Source: a virus. From it: DNA of 64,000 bases. Position 1 is the stretch's first letter. Every line of letters begins with the position of its first letter. The notes below the pieces were generated by a model. That model made no database searches. It worked only from the letters and a program-made list of their open reading frames with translations, and was not told the origin of the DNA. Below, piece after piece: positions 47,914 to 58,100 of the stretch. The position numbers and the translations under genes were made by a program. The stretch lies in the IMG/VR virus record IMGVR_UViG_3300007345_000027, positions 1 through 64,000 of that record. The stretch is one strand, 5' to 3'.

Positions 47914-50633
47914 TGGCAAAAAGTAGAACACCAACAGATTATCTTAATAATGATTTAACAGGTAATTCTGTAAAAATTCCTAATAATGAAAAAATCAATA
48001 TAATACAAGAAAATGGGTACTTTGATCCGAGTAAATTACCTGTATGTAGAACTTTAGCTCTTGATTCATATAGAGAGTTATGTGAGCTTCCACATGTTAA
48101 AGCTGCTCCATGTGGAAAAAATAATGCAGCAAATATATATGTTTCACTAAAAAAGTTTTTTATTTTTCTTAGAGGGTTGAAGAAATATGGAGATAAGTAT
48201 ATTAATGGAACTATAAAGGCAGTATCTAATTTACAAAGCGAAATAAGAGCAACAATATCAGAAATAGTTGGAGTTCTTAAGGGCATTACTCAAAGATCTA
48301 GAGAATGGGTTCTTAGAAAGATCAAGTCTGGTATTGATTATTTAATTTACTTAACAAATCCTCCACAAACCAAAGAAACGACCAAGTCAAAACTGGCAAT
48401 TACACTTGATAAAGTATTTTGTAAATTTGATGATATTATTGATGGATTATTTAATTTAGTTGGAGATTTTTTATATTCATTTATAGGAAAAGTTATAAAC
48501 GTTCCTTTTTGTTCTGTTGAAAATTATGTTAATGCAATATTAAATAAACTTCTTAATGATATCGATAGAGCAATGAAACCTTTTTTTGATTCAATCAATA
48601 AGGAACTTGCTCCAGTATCAAGAGTTATGGGGTCTGTTTATCAGGCGATTAATTTTATATTGGGATTTGAAGGATTTTTATGTGAACAACCAGAGTGTAA
48701 TGAAGAATTAAAAGAATTTGCAGCTGGACCATTTGGTGGACCACAAAATACTAAAACTGATAATTGGTATAACTTTAGTTTTAGTGAAGGTATCTCTAAA
48801 TCTGTTAATGGGTGGATGGATGACTTCTTTGGAGAAGGTGATCCAGAAAATCAGGGTGGATATGTTTCTCCAGGTGGTTGTTATAGTGGTTCTTTTGAAT
48901 GTGGTGTTCAGGTTGAATTTTTTGGTGGAGGTGGAGCACAAGCTGTAGGTGGAGCTGTTGTTAATGCCATTGGAGAAATTGTTGGTGTTAATATGTTCTA
49001 TCCAGGAAATGAATATGAATCAACTCCATTTATGTCCTTTGTAGATCCTGGTGGATGTGGTGTTGGTGGAAATGGATATCCAATTTTGGAAGGTGGTGAA
49101 GTAACTGATGTTGTAATTACAAATCCAGGAATTGGATATACTAATCAAATTAGACCTCAACCAGTAATTAGAAGTTTAGAATCTGTTCCAAGAGATGTTG
49201 AAGTTAATAATACAGTAACTATTAGATGGGAAACATCAAATGCGGATAAAGTAAGATTAAATGTTCAAGGTCTTGGAGATTTACCTGCTAATGGAAGTCG
49301 TACAATAAACATATCAGAAGATGATGTTAATTTTCCTGCTGGTTCCAATGAAACTGAAAAAATATATCAACTTACAGCGATAAAAACTTTTTCTGATCAT
49401 CCACAGAATGAAACTAAAAATGATATCTCAGTTAGGGTATTTAAAAATGATGTTCCAGGAGATCCTGGAGATCCTATCAATACAGATCCACCGTCAATAG
49501 ACTCATTTGCGGCAGAACCAGAAGATTCTGTTGTAGGAAACACAGTTAAGTTTATTTGGAGTACTAGTAATGCAACTCAAGTTTCTTTAGGTAGTTATAA
49601 TCAACAGTCTGATACATCTGAAACAATATACAGTGGATTAGTTCCTAATGGATCAGCATCTTTAGTTATTCCACTTGATACCGAATTTGCTGAAGGTGAA
49701 ACAACCAAAGAATTGTATTATATTCTTACCGCATTAAATACAAAAGCTTTATCTATTGAAAATACTGCTGTTGAAGTAATTCAAATTATCGTATCAAAAT
49801 TAGAAGATCCTACAGTTCCCGAGGATCCTACAGATCCACCAGATCCCCCAGGTTCCGATGATCCTGAGGATGTAACTGGTGTACCAGGTACCGATCCAGA
49901 CCCAGATCCAGACCCCGATCCAGATCCAGACCCCGATCCAGACCCCGATCCAGATCCAGACCCCGATCCAGATGTTGAAGATCCTACTGGTGATCCAGAC
50001 CCAGATCCAAATCCAGACCCAAATCCAGACCCAGATCCAGATAATGATCCAACTGGTGATCCAAATAATCCAATTCCATCTGGTGGTGGTGGAAGTAATG
50101 AAGTACCAACTGGTAGTACAACCAGTACTTCACCTACAGGTGGCGGTGGAACGGGTGAACCATCTGGTGGTGATGATGATGGTGAAACTGATTCCAATCA
50201 AGACGGAGATGGTAGAGATCAGAATATAATAAATCTACCAGGATTAATTGCATCGATTGATGATGATCCTGATGAAGATCAAGTTCCTGAAGATTCGTCA
50301 CAAGTAGTTTCTGAAATCAGTAGAATTATAATTGTTAGCACTGGAACTGGATATGATGAAGAAGATACCGTTGAAGTAGATGGAGATCTTGAAGATCAAC
50401 CAGAGTTTGAACTTGAAGTTTCTCCAGATGGTGAAATAGTTGATATTAGAATTGTATCATCACCAAGAGGATACACAGTTCTCCCAGATATTACAATAAA
50501 TAGTAGAAATGGAGTAGGAGCTAAGTTTAGAACAGTGCTTAAATTCACACCCATTTCTGCTCTTGAACAGGAAGAATTGGATGCTATTGGTACAGATAAA
50601 TTGTTAACCGTAATTGATTGTATTTCAAGATGA
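47913..50633 (+). CDS. gp5-associated baseplate protein with Ig-like domains and Asp-Pro repeat
   Basis: Cys-containing helical N-half, G.GY repeats, two W.TSNA..V.L Ig-like units, (DP)n tract. Confidence 0.6.
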   Translation: MAKSRTPTDYLNNDLTGNSVKIPNNEKINIIQENGYFDPSKLPVCRTLALDSYRELCELPHVKAAPCGKNNAANIYVSLKKFFIFLRGLKKYGDKYINGTIKAVSNLQSEIRATISEIVGVLKGITQRSREWVLRKIKSGIDYLIYLTNPPQTKETTKSKLAITLDKVFCKFDDIIDGLFNLVGDFLYSFIGKVINVPFCSVENYVNAILNKLLNDIDRAMKPFFDSINKELAPVSRVMGSVYQAINFILGFEGFLCEQPECNEELKEFAAGPFGGPQNTKTDNWYNFSFSEGISKSVNGWMDDFFGEGDPENQGGYVSPGGCYSGSFECGVQVEFFGGGGAQAVGGAVVNAIGEIVGVNMFYPGNEYESTPFMSFVDPGGCGVGGNGYPILEGGEVTDVVITNPGIGYTNQIRPQPVIRSLESVPRDVEVNNTVTIRWETSNADKVRLNVQGLGDLPANGSRTINISEDDVNFPAGSNETEKIYQLTAIKTFSDHPQNETKNDISVRVFKNDVPGDPGDPINTDPPSIDSFAAEPEDSVVGNTVKFIWSTSNATQVSLGSYNQQSDTSETIYSGLVPNGSASLVIPLDTEFAEGETTKELYYILTALNTKALSIENTAVEVIQIIVSKLEDPTVPEDPTDPPDPPGSDDPEDVTGVPGTDPDPDPDPDPDPDPDPDPDPDPDPDPDVEDPTGDPDPDPNPDPNPDPDPDNDPTGDPNNPIPSGGGGSNEVPTGSTTSTSPTGGGGTGEPSGGDDDGETDSNQDGDGRDQNIINLPGLIASIDDDPDEDQVPEDSSQVVSEISRIIIVSTGTGYDEEDTVEVDGDLEDQPEFELEVSPDGEIVDIRIVSSPRGYTVLPDITINSRNGVGAKFRTVLKFTPISALEQEELDAIGTDKLLTVIDCISR
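49892..50045 (+). repeat. 6-bp-unit tandem repeat encoding (Asp-Pro)n
   Basis: gatcca/gacccc/gaccca units repeated more than 20 times with one short interruption. Confidence 0.9.
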
Positions 50634-51241
50634 CAACACCACCATCAAATCCAGCACCAGATTATACAATTGCAAATAATCCACATGCTTATGTTCATTG
50701 TGGTCCCATAGGACCAGGATCACAGGATGATGGTAGAGATTTTTGTATTATTACATCAACAAATAATCACTGTGTTTATCATAAAGATGGATCTAAAGTT
50801 GAACATATACAAGACGCATGGCACGAAGTTTCTGGTCATAGTATAGATGGAACAAAAAAAGAAGCTATTGCAAGATCTATCGTTGCCAAAAACGGTGATT
50901 TAATTATTAATGCTGAAAGAGGAAATATACATCTTAAAGCAAAAAATATTCATATCGAAACAACAGGTGAAAAAAATCAAGGAAATTTTTTAGTATCTTC
51001 AAATGGGCATGTAATCATAGCTTCAACAAAGGAAGTGCGTATTGCTGCATCTAGATTATGTCTAAATGGAACTAGTGGAGTAAATATAGTTACAGAAAAC
51101 TTTGTAAATGTAATGGGATTATTAGAACAATTTCCTCCTCAATCAATGACAAAATCGATTACATCATTACTTCAAGGAAATTGGGAATCTTTGTTAAAGG
51201 GTCTATCCCAGTCATGTGGATCTACAGGAACAGTAAAATAA
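50630..51241 (+). CDS. gp5 C-terminal beta-helix-like spike protein
   Basis: A.NGD..I.A..G.I.L.AKNI.I repeats; ATGA overlap. Confidence 0.55.
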   Translation: MTTPPSNPAPDYTIANNPHAYVHCGPIGPGSQDDGRDFCIITSTNNHCVYHKDGSKVEHIQDAWHEVSGHSIDGTKKEAIARSIVAKNGDLIINAERGNIHLKAKNIHIETTGEKNQGNFLVSSNGHVIIASTKEVRIAASRLCLNGTSGVNIVTENFVNVMGLLEQFPPQSMTKSITSLLQGNWESLLKGLSQSCGSTGTVK

Positions 51242-51252
51242 AATAATATATT

Positions 51253-52140
51253 ATGTCATCAGCAAATTTTTCGGATATTTCGACAAGTTATTTAGAAGTT
51301 AAAGCACCAGTTGTTGGCGCTGCATTAAACATACCACAAGCATTCATCCCACCAGGAAGTGCAAACATATATCAATGTTTTGTCGGTTCTGGTATGAATA
51401 AAATTGTTAATGCAGCACTTAATGTGATGTCTAACACCACAAATCCAATAGCTGTTGAAGTTGTAGGACCATCTAATTTAACAGGTGTAGTTACTATTGT
51501 TGGCGCTACATCCGTAAATGGTGCTACTAGAATTGAGGGTCCTACCCTAGATGTAGTTTCAGTCACAACAACCGTTAAAAGTACAAAAACTGCAATAGCT
51601 GGAACTAAGGGACTTACTTTAACTGGTAATAGTGTTCTTATGAATGGTAGTGGTAAAGTTGATATATCTGCACCTACTATCAATTTGAATGGTGCTGTTC
51701 TTGTTGCTGGAGTTGGTAATCTTCCATTAGCTTTAAATAGTAAAAAAACCTTTGATATAAAGCACCCCAATAAACCAAATTATAGGTTAAGACATGCATG
51801 TGTTGAGGGTCCAGAAGCTGCAATATACGTTCGAGGAAAGTTGTTAAATAGTAATGTAATTACTCTCCCCGATTATTGGGATGGTTTAGTTGACAAAGAG
51901 TCTATCACAGTAAATCTTACTCAAATAGGGCATAGTCAAGATCTTTATGTTGAAAAAATTGAATGGGGTAAAAATATTATTGTAAAATCTGGAAATGGAA
52001 CAACAATTAATTGTCATTATCAAGTTTGGGCTGATAGATTGGGTAAAATGATAATAGAGTACGAAGGTACCACACCAGATGATTACCCAGGTGATAATTC
52101 GGAATATTCAATCGCTGGTTGGACATACGACAAGAAATAA
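51253..52140 (+). CDS. spike/fibre protein with C-terminal intramolecular-chaperone-like domain
   Basis: K.FDI.HP...LRHAC.EGPE...Y.RG..LP.YW motif after beta-helix repeats. Confidence 0.7.
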   Translation: MSSANFSDISTSYLEVKAPVVGAALNIPQAFIPPGSANIYQCFVGSGMNKIVNAALNVMSNTTNPIAVEVVGPSNLTGVVTIVGATSVNGATRIEGPTLDVVSVTTTVKSTKTAIAGTKGLTLTGNSVLMNGSGKVDISAPTINLNGAVLVAGVGNLPLALNSKKTFDIKHPNKPNYRLRHACVEGPEAAIYVRGKLLNSNVITLPDYWDGLVDKESITVNLTQIGHSQDLYVEKIEWGKNIIVKSGNGTTINCHYQVWADRLGKMIIEYEGTTPDDYPGDNSEYSIAGWTYDKK

Positions 52141-52143
52141 AAC

Positions 52144-55100
52144 ATGGCAAGAATTAATATCTACAGTACAAATCAACCGCCTGAGCAACTATCTCTTTTA
52201 GAGATAGATGATCTTAAGGTTGGAACAGGTGTTACCGTATATGGTAATACTGGTATTGTTAGTGCAGTTAGTGTCTATGCTCAAAATTATTATGGTGATG
52301 GATCTAACTTAGAGAACGTTGGTATAGAAGTTAGTGCAATTGATACATTAACTATAGACCCTGAAACTGGGAATGGTGTAATTAGTAATCAGATTACAAA
52401 TGTAAAAGCAATACGTTTTGATACTGATTCTGGATTTGCAGTATCTGATTTGGGTGATGGTGCTGTACAAATTGCCCTTAATAGTACGTTTAAATATTGG
52501 GAAGTTGATGGGCAAGATACATTAGAAGCCGAAGGTCTTGATACTGTAAAAATAGTAGCTGGTGTTGGTATTGCACTTACAACACAAAACATTGATGGTG
52601 ATAAAAGATTAACGATTACTGGAACCGTAGGTGCTCAAGGTCTCCAAGGTACTTTAAGTAATTTTCAAGGAACACAAGGATTACAGGGATTACAAGGACA
52701 TCAGGGATTACAGGGAAATCAAGGATTACAAGGTAATCAAGGAACACAGGGAAATCAAGGACTACAAGGTGTACTTGGTAATTTTCAAGGAACCCAAGGA
52801 CTCCAAGGTGCTCAAGGTTTACAAGGTTCTCAGGGGTCACAAGGATTTCAAGGACTCCAAGGTGCTCAAGGACTCCAAGGTGCTCAGGGTGTACTTAGCA
52901 ATTTCCAAGGACTTCAAGGTTCAAAAGGATCTCAAGGCGCACAAGGATTCCAAGGTGTTCAGGGTTTAATTGGTGAGCAAGGTAATAAAGGTGATAGTGG
53001 TGGAACAATATGGAGATTTAATACTTCTACAACACAGGGAGATCCTGGTAATGGATACTTTAGATTTGATAATAATACTCCAGCAGATATAACAAAAATA
53101 TACATTGATAATATTGATAGTGTAGGTAAGAATCAAACTGCATGGTTTGATGATTGGGAAATTTTAGGATCAAAACCAACTGTAGGATATTTGCATTTAC
53201 AATCTTCTTCCCCAGACGGAACTATTTCTTATATTTTTGAAGTTACTGATGTAAATGCTGGTACTCAGGGTGCTTTTAATACTTATTATACACTTACTGT
53301 CAATCTTTTAACAGATACTACTAGTACAATAGGTGCAAATACAAAGATTGCATTTTTCTTCGCTCCTATTGGAAGGCAAGGTGTTCAAGGTTTACAAGGT
53401 TTACAAGGATTCCAAGGTGTCCAGAGTGCTCAAGGTCTTCAAGGACTTCAAGGACTTCAGGGTCCTTTAAGTAATTTTCAAGGAACTCAAGGATTACAAG
53501 GTTTACAAGGTGTCCAGAGTGCTCAAGGTCTTCAAGGACTTCAAGGACTTCAAGGTGTAATTAGCAATTTTCAAGGAACTCAAGGATTACAAGGTAATCA
53601 AGGAACACAGGGAAATCAAGGACTACAAGGTGTAGTTGGTAATTTCCAAGGAACTCAAGGTTTACAAGGTGTACAATCTAATCAAGGAACTCAGGGACTC
53701 CAAGGAGTTCAAGGACTCCAAGGACTTCAAGGACTTCAGGGTCCTTTAAGTAATTTTCAAGGAACTCAGGGTGTTGTTGGATTTCCTAATGGTGTACCTT
53801 ATGAATTTGATAGTGAAACTCAGAGACCACTTGATCCAGGTGGAATTAGTAATATTTTATATCGAGTCGCAAATGGAACACTAAAATTTAATAATCTTTC
53901 AATTGCATCAGTTAATAGAATTTTTATTTCGGTACAAGATTATTATGGAGTATCAAGATCTAATTGGATTAACGGGTGGGATGATCCTTCATTCACAAAC
54001 ACTATAAAAGGATCTTTAACTATTTCATCAGCGGAAACTAACAATCCTGGAGCTGTTATATTTTATGTTACTCAAGTTGAAGATGTAACAATAAATGGAT
54101 TTTCTGGTAGTCATAGATTCTTAGAGGTTTATGTTACTTATCTTTCTGGTTCTTCTAGTTTTGATGATACAGAGAGATTATCTATCTCATTTAACCCTAC
54201 TGGTGTTCAAGGTCTTCAGGGTGTTCAAGGTCCTTTAAGTAATTTTCAAGGAACACAAGGATTACAGGGATTACAAGGACATCAGGGTGTTCAAGGATTA
54301 CAAGGACTTCAAGGTAATCTAAGTAATTTCCAAGGAACACAGGGAAATCAGGGTGTTCAAGGATTACAAGGACTTCAAGGATTACAAGGACTTCAAGGTT
54401 TACAGGGTTTCCAAGGCACTCAAGGATGTCAAGGATTTCAAGGACTTCAAGGTTTACAGGGAATGCAAGGACTTCAGGGTCCTTTAAGTAATTTTCAAGG
54501 TGTTCAAGGATCTCAAGGATTCCAAGGTCTCCAAGGATTACAAGGTTTACAAGGTGTCCAGAGTGCTCAAGGTCTTCAAGGTCTTCAGGGTCTTCAAGGT
54601 CTTCAGGGTCTTCAAGGTAATATAAGTAATTTCCAAGGTACACAAGGAATGCAAGGACTTCAGGGTCCTTTAAGTAATTTTCAAGGTGTTCAAGGATCTC
54701 AAGGATTCCAAGGTGTTCAAGGTCCTTTAAGTAATTTTCAAGGAACTCAAGGTCTCCAAGGTCTCCAAGGATTACAAGGTATACAAGGTAATCAAGGAAC
54801 TCAAGGTGTCCAAGGTCTCCAAGGATTACAGGGATTACAAGGTAATCAAGGTACTCAAGGACTTCAAGGTTTACAGGGATTACAGGGATTACAAGGACTT
54901 CAAGGATTACAAGGACTTCAAGGTTTACAGGGATTACAAGGTTTACAGGGATTACAAGGTGTAATTGGCAATTTTCAAGGTACTCAAGGACTACAAGGAA
55001 ATCAGGGTGTTCAAGGTCTTCAAGGTTTACAGGGAGTTCAATCTACACAAGGAACACAGGGTCTTCAGGGACCTCAGGGTGTTCAAGGTACTCAAGGTAC

Positions 55101-58100
55101 TCAGGGTGTTCAAGGTGTTCAAGGTGTTCAAGGATTACAAGGAAATCAGGGTACCCAAGGTCTCCAAGGTTTACAGGGTGTAAGATCGAATTTCCAAGGA
55201 ACTCAAGGCACTCAAGGTTTACAGGGACCCCAAGGTACTCAGGGTTTACAAGGAGTTCAAGGAACTCAAGGTTTACAGGGACATCAAGGAACGCAAGGTT
55301 TACAGGGAGTTCAGGGAACACAAGGACTCCAAGGTATTCAAGGACTCCAGGGAACGCAAGGTACTCAAGGTTTACAAGGAACACAGGGGACACAGGGATT
55401 CCAGGGAGTTCAGGGCACTCAAGGATTACAAGGAGTTCAAGGAATCCAAGGTACTCAAGGACTTCAAGGATTGCAAGGTCCTAAGGGAATAACACAATTT
55501 GAAGTTGATGATACCGATGAAGATGTAGTTCTTTATCCAGTGATGACCAACGTTACTGTTGGATCAACTGAAGTGATAGAGGTATCTAGTGAAAAATTAG
55601 TTTTCAATCCATCCTCTGGTAGTATTGGTATTGGAACGAGTGCAATTACAAATACACTGACTGTAGTTGGAACAGCAACAGCAACAAATTATTTTGGTAA
55701 TGGTGATACTCTAAGTGGAATTGTTACTCAAATTGTTCCAGGAATTGGTATTGATATTTTTGAAACTCAAGTTCCAGGAAAAGGTAAAGTAGAAGTTCAA
55801 TCATATAAACCAGTTGGAAGAACGATATTTGTTTCTATAAATGGTGATGATAATAATACTGGTCTTGCAGAAAATCATCCAAAGCGAACTATAAAAGGAG
55901 CTTCATCTGTTGCATTAACAAATGATACTATAAAAGTATTTCCAGGCACATATGTTGAGGATAATCCTGTTATTCTGAATAAAATTGTTTCGATTGAAGG
56001 AACAGAACTTAGAAATTGTATTATTACACCAAAAAATCCAAATCAAGATTTGATTTATGTTAATAATGGATGTCATATAACTGATATTAGCTTTATCGGT
56101 CCAGAAATGACTGATGGAGCTGCAGTGGTAGCATTACAACCTTTATTGGGGGTTGCTACGGATAGATTCTTTGATGCTGCAAGAATGATTAGATTGAATT
56201 TAGATTATATTGCGAAAGAATCTGTAGGATTCTTAACTAGTGGATATAGTGGATTTGCTGGAAATCATAGAGAGCAAGATGCTGCAAGATTAATTGATTT
56301 AAATATTGACTATATTGCTGCAGAAACAGTAGGATTTTTAACCACTGCATACGTTGGTTCCGCTGGTCAACCATTTGTTGTTACTAATTCTTCAGGTATT
56401 TCTACAGATCCATCTAATTGTGAAGATGATATTAAAGATATTTTGCGTTCTTTATCTTATGATTTGAAAGCTGGAAGTAATAAAAAATGTGTTGGTGCAG
56501 GATTATCTTATTATGATGATGGAGGAACACTTCTCCACATTATTGGAAACGATGAAAATGGAAATAGTATTCAAGATGCGACTATATCCGCTATACAATA
56601 TGCTGTTGGTGTTACAACATACATTATAGATAACAAAGATTATAAATCTCAACCTGGTGTTACAACTTATAGTCAACTTGCACAAAATGTTTCTTACTCA
56701 CCAATTTTAGTTGGTGGCGGTTGCACTGCAGTTAGAGAAAAAATAAGAGAACGTGTTGGTATTATTACTAATATTATTGATAATTTTAATTATGCTACTG
56801 GTATTACAACAATTCATGGAGTAAGATTAGAAAGTGCTGATTGTGCCGATGATGTTGGTGATATATGGAGATCTGTAATATATGATATTACTAGAGGTGG
56901 TAACTCTAAGTGTGTTGGTGCTGGTAAATCATATTATGATGATGATTGGAACTTAGCAGTTGGTACATTAGACAATGAAAAAGGTGAAATTGAACAGACA
57001 ATTGCAACTTTAGACTATTCATTTGATGTTGCTAGAGCAATTGTTAATAACTCTACTTGGGGAGGAACTGTAGTTGGATTTGGAACAACTGTTGTATCTG
57101 CAGATTATGATTATAGTACTGGCATTACTACAATAACTGCTACAGATCATGGATTATTAAAAGATGATGCTGTCAAAATTGAGAATCTGACATATTCATG
57201 TACATCTGGATCTTCTGGAGTTCCTGTTGGTGTTATAACAGCTTCTTACACTAACAGCACAGGAATTACAACAATTCAAACTTCTGGTTATCTACCAATA
57301 TCCTCTGGTGATCGAGTTAAAATTGAAGGATTAACTTTCGAGTGTGTTGATGGAACGGACGTTTATCCAGATGGAAATCAAGGATATGAATTTACAGTTC
57401 AAGATGTTATTAGTTCTTCATCTAGTAGCACTACATTTATAGTAAATACTGGATCTACAACTTATGCAAATCCTCATACTTACGTGAGTGGTGGACAAGT
57501 ATCCAAACTTTATACACCAGTATTTACTGTAGATGATGCAGATTATGATTATTTAACTGGAATAACTACGGTAACAGTTACTGGAACTGGTCCAACAGGT
57601 CCATATCTTTTCATTGAACCAGGAAAGAGAGTAAAACTTGGAGGATTAGTTTTTAGTTGTGATCAAGGTCAATCAGTTTATCCATCTGGAAATAATGGAT
57701 ATGATTTTGAAGTTATATCTACAACTGATGATCGATATGTTGATGCTGCAAATTTAATAAAAGCAAATAGAACTGAAATTATTGATAAATCTTTAGCTTC
57801 GATTGCAATATCTCATCCAGATTTTTATTATCCTAATGATGTACAAACAACAAGATTTTCTAGATTTAAAGATGCTTATAGATTAATACAGCAAAACAGA
57901 ACGGAGATCATTAATAGTGCTTGGAATACAATGCAGGCTGGAGAAAATCCTGCAGATTCTTCAACAGAAACTAAGTGTAAACGTGACATTGGTTATTTTG
58001 TAGACGCAGTTTCAACTGATGTATTTACTGGTGGAAATAGTTATTCAATATCATTTGTTAAACTCTATTTTAATAATGGAACACCAATTTCAAATGGATT

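Noticed and set aside
47896-47915. -1 frameshift at T TTT TTT joining the gp5 OB-fold ORF to the next ORF
   Set aside because: The -1 frame hits TAG at 47904; TAATG translational coupling explains the junction
49781-50229. (GS)n antisense ORF and IQTQ alternative-frame ORF
   Set aside because: Alternative readings of the (Asp-Pro)n repeat
52630-55480. CRISPR-like array or DGR template/variable repeat suggested by recurring ggtcctttaagtaattttcaagg units
   Set aside because: Units are in-frame coding (GPLSNFQG) with irregular, repetitive spacers; no cas or reverse transcriptase gene and no adenine-specific mismatch pattern seen
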